Source: Tubiluchus corallicola
Lineage: Eukaryota > Animalia > Priapulida
Reading direction: 5' to 3'
Length of the DNA stretch: 64,000 nt
Assembly: GCA_030141605.1 (NCBI GenBank)
Contig: JAQGDQ010000128.1
Span: forward strand, 372,001-436,000
Below, piece by piece: positions 1 to 23,442 of this stretch. The notes beneath the pieces are model-generated. The model searched no databases, was not told the DNA's origin, and was given only the letters and a program-made list of their open reading frames with translations. Positions within the stretch are counted from its first letter, which is position 1. Each line of letters opens with the position of its first letter. Position numbers and translations under genes: made by a program.

Positions 1-469
1 GTCTGAAAACATGGTTAAAACATTCATGCAAGGTTTGTATCATGCTTCATAATTTAATACTGTTGAAACTTGAAATGGCTCAAGTGAACTTTTTATTTCA
101 AATAATAGCTAATAGATACATTTATTAATTGCAATACCAGTGAGGAAGAAGTAAGAGGCTAAAGCCGGTCTACGACCCATTCTCAAAATAAACAAAAAAA
201 CATAACACATGAACGAGAACAACATTATCAGAACTCCATAAACCCGTAATCAAAGAAAAAAACAGCAAAATTTGTGAACGCTATCCTTATCGAGTTGCTT
301 TAATCTAATCTACATAGTGTCAGATCATCTTCGTTTCCCAATTCAGCTCACCGGTCGCGTGAGGAAGCACGAAGCGTGAAGTTATTTATGTGTACGTTTT
401 TTGAGCTCTCTGCAAAATTCGAAAATATAATGGTTTCGTGAAGATGTTATTGGTTTCACGCTTTATACA

Positions 470-2150
470 TAGCGTGAAAAACTATTTTGTTCGAGGAAGA
501 CGATAGCGGACATTGAAAAACATTAAAAACGGCCAGTAATAAGCTCTCCCAACTCAATGCAAACTTTACAGCGATAGAGCTGAATTATGCCATAAAACAA
601 ACAAAATGATAGGGAATAAGTCTTAATGGAGATGGAGTTCACCCAGTAATGTTAACACATCTGGGCTTCTGAGCTAAGTCAGCGTTCTTAAACTTGCGTA
701 ACTTATTCCTGAATGAGGGTCGATGGGTATGGAATAACTCGAAAGTTATATTTATTAAAAAAGAAAATAAGGAGACATACACTGAGCCCGGAAGCTTCTG
801 ACCAACAAATATTTCTCCTACTTTGGTGATTTTCAACAAGCTTTTGACTCAGTTTGGTTAGATGGCCTGATATATAAACTACATGAAACAAGAATCCGTG
901 GAATTTCGTTTGGCTTGATAAAAAAACATACGGTATGATAGGAAAGTACGTATTAGACTGGACAATTATTCTTTCAGTGATTACCACTGCAAAATTGGAT
1001 TGGTCCAAGGATCAGTGATCCCCTATTTTGTTTATATTCCATGCTTCTGAAATTTTCAGTCAACTGAGAACAATTATTGGTGATGTAAACTGTTACAAAT
1101 TTGCTGATGACGGGACGATCGTAGTAGGTAGTGGTATATCAATAGAAACAATTAAAAGAACCCAAAATTGCTGCAACAAACTACACAAATGGTGTTACAA
1201 AGGAAGGAAAGTCATAAATTGTTCAGCTGATAAAACTGAGGTCATACCTTTTGGACTTGGAAACCAACCTCAAACATGAACTATAGGAAATAAAATCATA
1301 AACTATGTACAGAATAGTGAGTTTCTTGTCATCATCATAGACAGTAATCGTTTGAATGCCACATAAACGCTTCAAGGAAAAAAGCTTAGAATGGTTGGAT
1401 AAAAATGTAAAAGAATTTAGTTTACCTACTGTAATTTCATTGTTTACAAGTATTGTTTTACCAACAATTATATATACGGAGCGACAGCGTGGACAAGTCG
1501 TAAGCATTGCGTCTTTGATGATTTAATTTATGATGTAATGAAGACAGGGACAGGTTGCCATTTTACGCCAACTAGAGAAAAATTGAAATTAATTTGTGAC
1601 CTATCACCACTAGATATCATGTTTAAAGCAATGTGTGCTAAACTGCTTTGTTAACATTAACTCTTACTGATGACCACCTTTTGAAATGAGAAATTATTAC
1701 AATAAGTGACCAAGCAAATCACAGGCATTTCATAAGCAAATCCACGCAACAACAAAGAAGTTTCTTAAGCATTGTAAAAACCTTGACAACCGCACTGAAA
1801 GTTTAAATAATGTGCCTGTTGATATTGTGCAGTATAAAAAATCAGAGATTGATGATTTTATTTCACGTCTATGGGTCGATAGGCGTCGCTCACGTTATCA
1901 ATGCCGTGAAAGTTCCATTAACCCCTATAAGATTTGGTTATTGACGCTAAAGTTGTCAATAACACCCTGGCAACGAAAAGTAGAAATATTAGCATTGAGC
2001 ATATTGCTAGGCCAAGGAAATTTTAAGGATTTTCTGCATAGACTTGGTTATATTAATGACAATTATTGTGAAAGCGACTTCGGTAGGCAAACGGCTGAAC
2101 ATTTGATATTTGATTGCCGAATAGTAAGTAGATTAGACTTAGCATAGTAT
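470..2150 (+). mobile_element. Decayed non-LTR retrotransposon (LINE) ORF2 remnant: RT plus C-terminal Zn-knuckle-like region
   Basis: Frameshifted pieces read ELNYAIKQ, GLVQGSVI, KFADD (ORF 1028-1279) and GQGNFKDFLHRLG...C...QTAEHLIFDC (ORF 1812-2147), typical of LINE RT and its C-terminus. Many stops and frameshifts. Boundaries approximate. Confidence 0.8.
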
Positions 2151-2856
2151 ATGATAGTATAGTAAGTAGTAAGTCAGGAAAAAGGTCTAAGTTTATCAGT
2201 TTTTTTCAAATCGTAATATTAATCTCCTTTTGACTGAAAGAGATGATGACATGTTGAAGAGCTTTGTAAATTTTGTAATGGATGATTTGATTTTAGGACT
2301 GCAAGCTGTTTAGCAAAATAACATTGTGTACCGAACTGACTTTTTATTCGATCTTTTACACAGTATGTAAATATTCTTGTACATCAACTGATTTTTGTTG
2401 TTGTAAACTACCACCTTGAAAATAGTATCTGTAAACATGTAAATATTTATTTTCAATAAAGAGTCATAATAATAATAAATAATCGCCGATTGCTGCACTG
2501 TAAGTAATTAATCAGTGTTTCAGGTATTGCATACACTGGATGCATACGTTTCTTAAATATCGAGGAAAAATCACCTGACCTCAGTTGTCAGTAGATTTCT
2601 CTGTGCGGGTACTAATCATGTTCAACAAATACAAGGGAACCCAGTCTTACGAGAAAAACAGCTAGCTTGGGAGTGTCAATGAATAAAATACGACAAAATT
2701 ATCATGCTAATTTTGAAAACAAAATTGTTAAGTAACTGCAGTGATCGTGACGTCGACTGCGTTAGGTATGATAGTGATGTCCACACAAATTATCATTTGG
2801 TGTACTCAGTAATGTACTTTATAAAGATAATAATGGTAAATGAGAATCTTTTACAG

Positions 2857-3992
2857 ATATTAAAACGATCAGATTTGTAGAACATTTCGACGACAGGATC
2901 ACTCTAACTGTTAAATCCTTCCTACTTCTCACCATTGCTACTGGAATTGTCGTGATAGTTTTAAGTGTGATAGTCAACAAATGTGTTAAAAAGGTGGGTA
3001 CGGTATCCTGTAGTTACTACCGTTACTATTACAGTTACAGTTACAAAATAATTTCAGAGAATGTAAATTTGTTACCACTAGAAATTTTTAAATTTAGCAT
3101 TTTGCCAGCTCCTGGTGATGATCCAAAATTAACAATAATTACAACTTTTGCGCCTCATTCTTAGTTAAATTTGTGTGATTGTGCAATTATGTATCAATCA
3201 AATCTGAGTTTTTTCATATTGCTTAACATATAGCTCACAAAATTCTCTTGGTATGAAATAAATTTGCTTTAAAAAACCCTGCTTCTGAACGTAAAGGACA
3301 GAATTCAAAGTGGTCAGTCATTTATAAGAACGGAATTTTAATATTAGTACAATAGCATGAGCTTATTTGAATAAAAAAATCTAATTTAGGCACAAAAACA
3401 AAAACCGATAAAAGTGACGGACGACAGCACGTTACTTGATTCTAGAAGTTGGATTGTAGACGTTGTGAAATCAGCCACTGAGACAATAGACATGCAACGA
3501 AAGCAGGTATGTGCAACACATGCTCTCTCTCTCTCCCCCTCCTTCCCTCCCTTTCTCTCTCTCTCTCTTTCGCTCCACCCTATATATATATCTTTCTCTC
3601 CACCCCCTCTCTCCCTTTCTCTCTCTCTTAATAATGATGATGATGATGACGACGAGTCGGCAACAACGACGAGACAACATTTTTACTCACACAATTTCTA
3701 CTTTGGCACAGTTGTTGTATTTCTGATTTCCTGTTTTTAGTTACAAGAAGCTGAAAGTTTAGTGCGCAAGTACCGGAAGCAGATGAATTCAGTTATCAAC
3801 AAGAAACACCCTCACATCAGACGACGTGTAAAAGAAACAGCAGACGACGTAGAACTTGAGGACACGGGAGATCGGGAAATTAATTATTGGAGCGAGAGAG
3901 TAGACAGCTGTGACAATATTCAGGACAGTATTGAAAAGCGAATTGAGGAAATAAAGAACAACATTTTAGCAGTTTCTTCCACTAAAGAATAG
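2857..3992 (+). CDS. 3' exons of an unidentified single-pass membrane protein (TM helix plus charged, coiled-coil-like cytoplasmic tail)
   Basis: Phase-compatible GT-AG exons 2857-2993 (...FLLLTIATGIVVIVLSVIVNKCVKK, TM plus basic stop-transfer), 3390-3506 (AQKQKPIKVTDD...MQRKQ) and 3741-3992 (LQEAESLVRKYRK...SSTKE*). Upstream exons unresolved and may be degenerate. Confidence 0.65.
3523..3650. repeat. Compound microsatellite (CT)n/(TA)n/(GAT)n in intron
   Basis: Directly visible low-complexity tract. Confidence 0.9.
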
Positions 3993-5404
3993 CAATATAT
4001 TGTTCTGTTTGTACAAACAAAGAGACAAATGAAACAAAGGCATAAAGAATAATTGCATTTGTGTACCGCTGAACTTGTTTAATATTAATTAACTTTGTGC
4101 TGCTGTGCGTTTGTGTGCATCATAATACTGTCGTACCATGGTACATCTTGCTGGATGCGTACAGTTGTTTATAGTGAACATAATGAACAGATAGACAGAT
4201 AATGAACATTAAGATAAACTTTCCCAAAATACACAATAGGCAATATCAACAATAATTCATGGTTTAGGCATTTCACAAAACAGTCTCTTCTCTTCCTGTT
4301 CAGTCAGTCTGTCACCTCTACATTTCCTATCTTTCCATTGCATGACCTGACAGTTCACCGTTATTTCTCTTCCTAGTCAAACTTGTCTCGTTTTCTCAAC
4401 TAACTTGCTGCTTTTTTTCTCTGCTGCACGCAGCTGTTTCTCTTCCCCGTTTCAGCACATTTCAAATGCGTTGAGATTTACTACAAAGTACAAACAGTAA
4501 AAATTTAAAAAGCAAAATAACTATGATCGCAGAACTTGTATTGTTTAAACAGAATTTCTGAGTAACTAATTTTCTAGATTCACACATCACGTATTTTAGT
4601 CAAAACAACTCCTAATTCCAGCATGTTAGGTTGCAGCTTTCCAGGTACTATAATTATTATAACCACACTGCAGAAAACGCATAAAACTTACACGCCCATC
4701 CAGCAAATCATAATTATAGTGTAAGAGTTCATTTACTCTGACTGGCTTTTTTTAGTTTGTTACCCGCTTGTTGTGCTTGCCTTCTGTTTTTAGTTTCAGA
4801 AAATTAACCTCTGACCTTAAGCTGAAAAGTCAAGTTCATTGGCTACCTCACTAAAATCTGCTCCTTGTCATGCACTAAGTTACCGTCCTCCTTACTAACA
4901 TATTTCAGGTGTTGCATTTTCAGTGTTCATTTAAAGCTCTTGTGCTTTAGCAGGCACTCTCCCATGGATGCCTTTAAAATATGTTTTGTAATTTTTGCTT
5001 TCACTATATCGCATTTGACAATATTTTTGACCATTCGGCGCTCATAGTATACTCAGAATTTTGCCATAGAAACCTGGACGGATTACGTACAGATCAAGCG
5101 TGCTAAAACTGCAGAGGATTAGCATCTTATAACGGTGAATAGTAAAGTCCCCAGAAGATTGCATTTACAAAACAATCAAAACTTTAATGCCACGTAACTT
5201 TATAACATAGCAAAAAAAGAACGGACAACAATGTAATGTAATGACATTCTAAGTGATTCTACGTAATACATTTATCTTCAGCTGCAATTGTCTGCCTGGT
5301 ATTGGTAATAATGTATTGTTTTTTGTAATGAACTTTAGACAAAGTTTTTAATGCTTGCATATTAAAATTAAAATTATTGTTGCTATGTTGTGGTCATTTG
5401 CATA

Positions 5405-16886
<11,482 letters not shown>

Positions 16887-17443
16887 CTGTTGTCATTTTG
16901 TTTCATTTGTTCATTATGAGGTTGCACTTACATCTTTGGCTCATTGCAAATCATTGGCCTAAAGTTTTTTGGAAATTTGTGTCGAAGCTATAAACGAGAA
17001 ACACTCCAAACTGATTGTTGTGAGAGTGGGGGGACAGCAAATTAATTAGCTAGGAGAAGACAAACGCCCACATAAAACACGTAGACATCGTTAAAATTTG
17101 CATTTCGGCCCTTTATTCTAAGGTAATCTTCAGAGAATACCTAGGCAAAAAATAATACAGATTTTAGTACAATTTGCCAACTTATATATATACATATATA
17201 TAGTTTGGAAGTGCATGCACCATGTTTGTGGTCACAAACCAGCAATACCACTTAACGAACAAAATTTGACTCAGTACACTTCGGTTTTTACGGGCAGGAA
17301 ATTTAGCAATTTCCTTGAAATAGTTCTCAAATACTTCTGATCAGTAAATTCAGCGATGTTACTGTAGTTTCGAGTACCCAGTGGAGGACAAACCCCGATG
17401 TAAAACACGTCGACATGGTTATTGTTACAGAGAGTTGGAAAAT

Positions 17444-17580
17444 GGTTACGAAACTTAATATTTCCCAAGTCTTTTCTTTTTTTGGTTGTACTAGAGTGAT
17501 TATTATCTGTTGTTATTGGCGTTACGTATATATATATACCAAAAAAAGAAAAGACTTGGAAATATTAAGTTTCGTTAACC
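17444..17580. repeat. ~42-bp-arm inverted repeat (hairpin or MITE relic)
   Basis: GGTTACGAAACTTAATATTTCCCAAGTCTTTTCTTTTTTTGG ... CCAAAAAAAGAAAAGACTTGGAAATATTAAGTTTCGTTAACC. Confidence 0.8.
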
Positions 17581-17675
17581 AATAACGTCTTGCTTATTTT
17601 GCTTGGGCGTCTTGCTTATTTTTGGTTAACTGAAAGCAAGTTGCCTTTTGGTTTTTTTTTAATGATAGTTTCATG

Positions 17676-17985
17676 AGTACATTGAAACTGACGGACATTG
17701 TGGAACTTCAGGCACACGCGTTCGGTGTGGGAAATGTGTATTAATCTATCGAGTTATCGCAAAACCTAATGCTGAGGAGAATTCATGCAAGCGCATTCTA
17801 TCTGAGCAATGAGATACGCGAAATTAAAATCTGGAAAAGTCCACTTCTAGACATAGCTGATTTGGATTTGTCCAATCATTTAAGTATCTCTATTATTATA
17901 TTTCGTGCAACTGGTCTAGCAAAAATGAATATACCGCAGCTTCATCCAAATCGTCCTCCATATGTCATATACCTGCAAATACTTT
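17676..17985 (+). pseudogene. Orphan 5'-truncated copy of the exon-6-type LRR cassette
   Basis: IELSQNLMLRRIHASAFYLSNEIREIKIWKSPLL..DLDLSN..FRATG..LHPNRP closely parallels exon 6. In-frame TAA at 17742-17744. A phase-1 GT is retained at 17986. Confidence 0.8.
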
Positions 17986-20278
17986 GTAATTAATACCACA
18001 TTAGCTGTTTTGTTGTAATATAGTGTAGTGTAACAACTTAAACATATCAGCTTGATACAGAAATACATTAAAAGTTATTATTAATCATTGAGACATTAAC
18101 AGTAGGAAACTGAACAACAAATTTAGAAAAATCTGAATTCCGGTTATATATTGAAGCATGGCAGGGATTCTTAATTGGGAGACTGAGCATTCGGGCTGTT
18201 CTCTAACACCATATGCATAAGATCTGCTTTCAGGACGAGTAAATTAATAATCCATTCCATGGCGCCAGGCGCTGCTGTGTGGCTTATGAACACAGTCAAG
18301 GAAAATGACAGTGCATGATGTCTAGTGTATAATTTATAATTGCTACCACTTTTAACCCCGATAAATGAAAATAGCACTCTTTTGGCAGTGCACGATTGCC
18401 CGGGCGACAGGCGGCGAAATTAAAGATGCTCGTCCTGTGTAATGAAATAGCTCAGATCTGCTTTTGTGGGTGCTTAGTCTTCAATACTCATTTGATAAGA
18501 CTTGTTGCCACATCCATAGCAAAAGACTGCATTTTCTAACTTGTAATAAGTTAACAATTGACATAACAACGTGCTTAGATTACATTTAATTCTATGATAA
18601 ACATCGTGTAGTTCTGCAATAATTTATTTCTTCATAAATTGCTAGTTGTGGTTAAGTGATGAGGCATTCATCGATTGCCACTACTTATCCACCTTGATGA
18701 AATTGTGGCCAACGAATAAAGCACAAAACACTGCCCAGTTGTAGCACAATGAAATACCGTACCAGAATACAATAAAATGTGAAAAACACTTATTCACTGA
18801 ATAGGACTCAAGGAAGTTACACTGAATAGGGCGATCAGCTTTGTGTTCTTTTTTCAAAATATAGTTTAAGAAGGTGGGAGAATGCATATCATTAGCAGCT
18901 ATAGGCCAAAGGATTACAGACAGGCTAAGATGGCGACAGTTGGATCAGTGACAGTTCTACGAAAGGATGTGTTCTTGTAAAAACAAAGTATGCTAGGGCT
19001 AACAGTTTGTTTCTTCTTGCCCATTGACTCCAGCGGACTACTGCTTTTTTCTTCAATAAAGAAAATATAATGATTTTTCTAATTAATTACAATGTGCTGC
19101 TTTTACCAATATTTGCAAAAAGTATTTTTTTCCTATCAGATGCTGACAAAATATACAGTCCATGCTTGAGAACGTGAAATTTAACCTCCGCAGATAATGT
19201 ATTATTATTTCAGCAGAAAGTATGAATGTACCACTAGACAAAGGGCCTCCACAATTAGGAGACTCGGCCGTCAAAGGACCGACAGTCAAAAAACACCAGA
19301 CAAAACACTACTGGTCAAGCAGTTACATGAAAAGGCAAAAAAACTGCCAGTTAAAAGACCACTAAAGAAAAGCCGATAGATCCCAAAAAGGATGAACCGA
19401 AAAACTATTTAAGACACGCTTTCTACGGGGGTTGGAGAGGTTTAATTGTTAAGTTCTCAATTATTGTATAGTGTTAGTAAGGGTCTTACAGGACAAAAAT
19501 TACTCTCTAGCAGGTATCGATCGCCCAGGCCTATTACTTATGTGAAAAAGCAGCATGTTGCAACTAACTCAAACAGAAGGCAGCTGAACCAAAGCGCAGG
19601 AAGAAGTAAATTGATACCTCACAACAAAGTTTGTTTTTATAAGAACATCACACTAGCATGCTGATTGCAAGTATGCGGTTACATTCTTTCAGAGAACGGT
19701 CACTGATGTACGCCAAACCTTGATGCACGCTAACTAGGAATAGGCAGAAGTTACGCGAATCATATCTTTCCACTAAGCTGTGATACAAAAGTAAAGCTGT
19801 CTGAATCTTATTTCGCAGTTATCACCAACCAGTCATTGTCCTCTTGCATAGGCTATTGCCTGTTTAGGATCTTAACAGTACTTAACTTTTCACAAAAATA
19901 AAAAATCATATCTCTCTGATCGTCGGCTTGTTCACAGTTCTTGGCCTGTTGATGCCTCAATGCCTACAATAGGTGGAATGAGACTTTACGGAAGACGAAT
20001 TTGTGCACAGACATTACAGCTAAATTGTGCTAATTGCAATCATGATCCATGATTGCAATTCATGGATCATCCATCCTTTTTTTATCGGGTTCACATGACA
20101 GTGGGCTTATACAAGCCTTTGCTTCTCTAGCCCACTGCAGTACAATTATTCTTTTATGATAACGATAGTGTATGAAACTAACAATTTAAAACAGTATGAC
20201 GTAATAATTTTGATGTCACTGTGTGCTTAAATGTCATTATATTATACTGAATGTGATAATAATAAAACTAAACCTAAA

Positions 20279-20430
20279 CATGGTGTTTCAAACGTTTTAA
20301 TGATAGAGATCGTATGTGGTTGAAGTGCTGAATTATTTTAATCCATAATTTTAGGTTCGAATCGATTTCGAACTAAAAAACTTGTTTGAATCGAATTCGA
20401 GCGTTTGAACTCGAATTGAATTCACCCCAG
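20279..20430 (-). mobile_element. Truncated copy of the hAT MITE at 63310-63713
   Basis: Reverse complement matches 63312-63472 (GGGGTGA..TTCGAA-rich...CAGCACTTCAA...GAAACAYCATG). Confidence 0.8.
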
Positions 20431-20820
20431 CACTAAGCAGTAGACATCCAGACCTGAGCATTACAAACAGGTACCTTATATTAAAATTAATAATATTGTC
20501 TCACTCAATTCATCAGAAGGTTCCCTGCTGCGGGTATAAAAGAACATCAAATTAAGTGCATACGAATTGACAAATTGTAACCAAGAAGCGTATAATCTTG
20601 ATAACAATATATATATTATCATATGGTTATAACTTTATTATAATGCAGTAATAAACAATTCAACACACAGTTATAACTTACCGGCCGATTAGCGTAGTGT
20701 ATAGCTCGGTGGAGTTGCTGTAGAGCTCGTCTAGTAAATAAATCATACGAATTAAATGATGTTATGACCAAAGATTTTCAGATTTGCAGACAGTAGTAGG
20801 CATATTACATAAGTAATCTT

Positions 20821-21870
20821 TCTTTGTTTGAAATTTTCTTTGGCCATCTAATACCCAAAAATGTTTCTGTAATTTCGCCTTTGAAACCCATCGATTTCAG
20901 CTTTATGATTTGCTTTTAATGTCCAGAGCTCAGAGTTATACAGAAATACAGTTTCGACTAAGGCTGAGAATATTCTGATTTTTGTTTCCAAAGAAATCTT
21001 CCTATTTTCAAAAATTTTTGCGAGTTTTGAGTAAGCTGATAATGCCATTATCTTTCGTCTTAATATGTCGTCCTCTGTTGCTAGCAGACTACCGAGATAC
21101 TTGCATCTTTGCCTTGATTCATCACCATGGCGTGTTATATGAAACTCTTCAGTTTTATTTTTGTTTATAACGAGATTCATTCTGTTCAGTTTCTTCTCTA
21201 TTGAGTTTTTTATTTCATCTACTTGTTCTTTGTTTCTTGTAATCCATGCCACATCATCAGCATACTGCATTGATATCGTAGTTGACTTACTTTGTAGAGA
21301 GCTGTAACTGTGTTCTTGTCTTACTTCATTCAGTATTAATTTAGGATCAAGAATTGTGTAGTTGTGATCTTCTAGGTCTTTCAATGGTATAACTTTGTCC
21401 TCGGTGAGAGCTATGGCAAGATATAAAGTGAAAAGTACAGGGCTTAGACAGTCACCCTGAGGTACTCCTTTGTTTGTAGAAAATTGCTGACTCAATTTCC
21501 CTTCACACCTGACTTGAAACAAAGATCAAATGAAAACTTCAAACAAAGATCTATATGAAAAAATAAAAGAAGAACCTTGGACAAGAAAAATAAAAAGACG
21601 ACGTTTAAGATGGATTGGGCATATGCTTAGACTACCTGATGACGTTCCAGTGAAGATAGCTCTTCAACAAGCCATAGAACCTGCTAAAAAAACCTGCAGG
21701 AGGACAAATGTTAACATACTTAGATTTTGCACAGAAAGATTTAAACACTTCAGCATTGATCCTTAGAAACAAATCCACTTGGGGCATTGCAGCGTGTAGG
21801 GAGTCCTGGCATAGAGAGGTGAGCAGAATCATGTCCCTGGACGTTTGATTCAGTGAAGAAGAAGAAGAAC
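20821..21870. mobile_element. 5'-truncated RTE-type LINE with inverted 5' segment
   Basis: RT (GVPQGDCLSP, QYADD, KYLG) on - strand 20821-21520. Its continuation (SNKDLYEK...RRRLRWIGHMLR) is on + strand 21535-21870, ending in (GAA)n. Flanks AAGTAATCTT (20811-20820) and AAGTAATATT (21871-21880). Confidence 0.88.
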
Positions 21871-21885
21871 AAGTAATATTATTAT

Positions 21886-22170
21886 CTACGGTAATAGGTG
21901 CTGCTGCTGGCTTGCTGGGCCAAGAACAGAATTAGTATTGTCCCTGCTGTAGCGGAAATTGAATTTTTTACCTAGGTAGCTATCTTCTGTGGTCTTCAAG
22001 TGTGTTTCCTGCCCAGCTATAATATTTGGTTTATATTTTTCTTGCTCTTTTTTCAATGTATTTTCCTTATGATTGGGTTTTAGTCGCTGTGCGTTTAGAG
22101 TTTCAATCTTTATTTTGTTTCCATGCCCCATTATTATGAGATAAGTAGTAGTAACACCGTCAACTGAGGT
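21886..22170 (-). mobile_element. LINE APE-endonuclease N-terminal remnant
   Basis: IKIETLNAQRL...PNIIAGQETHL resembles endonuclease motifs I-II (TLN, QET). Confidence 0.65.
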
Positions 22171-22785
22171 GACGTTGTTATCCAGTGTGACTTTGTTCAA
22201 AAATGCTTGTTAGTTTCTGCATAAAATGTTTGTGCATAAACAAGAATAAATTAAAGCGGAGCAGAGATTTTCAATAATAGTGAAACTATTTTAGTATTTA
22301 TGTTGCAAGGCAGATATCCAATTCAGTAAAATTTAATATAATTATTTACACTGTATTGCTCCTTAGACATTCAGTCAGTGGCATTTCAGTGCACAAACTG
22401 TGGAAATTAAATAGATTCACAATATCATAGGTATTTTTTTCTGGAACAGAACTGCAATGCAGCAATAGTTTGGTTAGTGTTGTTTATGTTTTTAAAAACC
22501 TAGAACAAAGTCAACCTAATACTTTGACCCGTTCCATACAAGTGAACATTGTCCCAAACACCGGCGTGACATTGTTCATTTTTCAAGCTTTTAAGAAAGT
22601 AATTATGAGGGTGGCCGCTTCTTTGTATCAGGTGGTCTAGTAGGTAACACCGAATGTAACCTGTTTGTAGGCCTATTTTAGGATTTTCTGCAGGACTTTA
22701 GAGTGGGAAGTAATTAAAACACTTCATGATAGATCATTAAATTTTTGTTATCCCCCATTATTATATTCATTCATTTCCTTAAAAC

Positions 22786-23375
22786 TAGGGTTGCTAGATT
22801 AGAAAATTAGAAGTACGGGACACTCTTAAAATCTCTTTCTATACTACTATATTTATAAATTTATACATGCCTACACACCCAGACTAATATATTATATAAA
22901 AGTAGAGACATAAGTTAAAAACATAAAGCAAGGATTTTAATGGGTTATAAGGAAAACAAAAGTAAAATCATTTGAAAATATTTATTTAATACAGACAACA
23001 GAGAGCCATTATTATTATTTAATACAGGAATAATGATAACTAAAAGAAATTCTAAGAGAGAGAAAGTGAAATCATTGCAAAATTCTTATTCAATTGATAC
23101 AGTATAAAAATGTAAAGGAAAATAATCGTGAAAATTATTATTTAATACAAGCCATACAGAAAATAGACTAAAAATTTTGTTTCATATTGAGAATATAAAA
23201 AGAAACAGAACTGACAAACATCTATTTTTATATATAAAAGTATATTTTTATTACTAAATTTGAAATGAACTAAATACATGACATTTGGGTGTCCCTGAAA
23301 GGTCAGTACAGGACAGGAAACAAAATTATCAATTATGGGACATGTCCCATATATAAGGGACGTCTGGCAACCCTA
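22786..23375. mobile_element. hAT-type MITE (590 bp)
   Basis: TIRs TAGGGTTGCTAGA / TCTGGCAACCCTA. Perfect 8-bp TSD CTTAAAAC at 22778-22785 and 23376-23383. Subterminal GGGAC motifs. Confidence 0.9.
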
Positions 23376-23442
23376 CTTAAAACAAATGTGGGTTTGTTTT
23401 ATTTTCTTTTATAATGTTTTTCATTTCAGCTTAATCGTAGAT

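Noticed and set aside
3414-3740. Overlapping ORFs with SLSLSL/ERER/DDDD tracts
   Set aside because: Only 3390-3506 is exonic; the rest reads through intronic microsatellites.
4965-5047. Signal-peptide-like mini ORF MDAFKICFVIFAFTISHLTIFLTIRRS as first exon of the LRR-like gene
   Set aside because: It hits a stop with no convincing in-phase donor, and an in-frame signal-like sequence already exists at 5405. It may be a uORF or chance.
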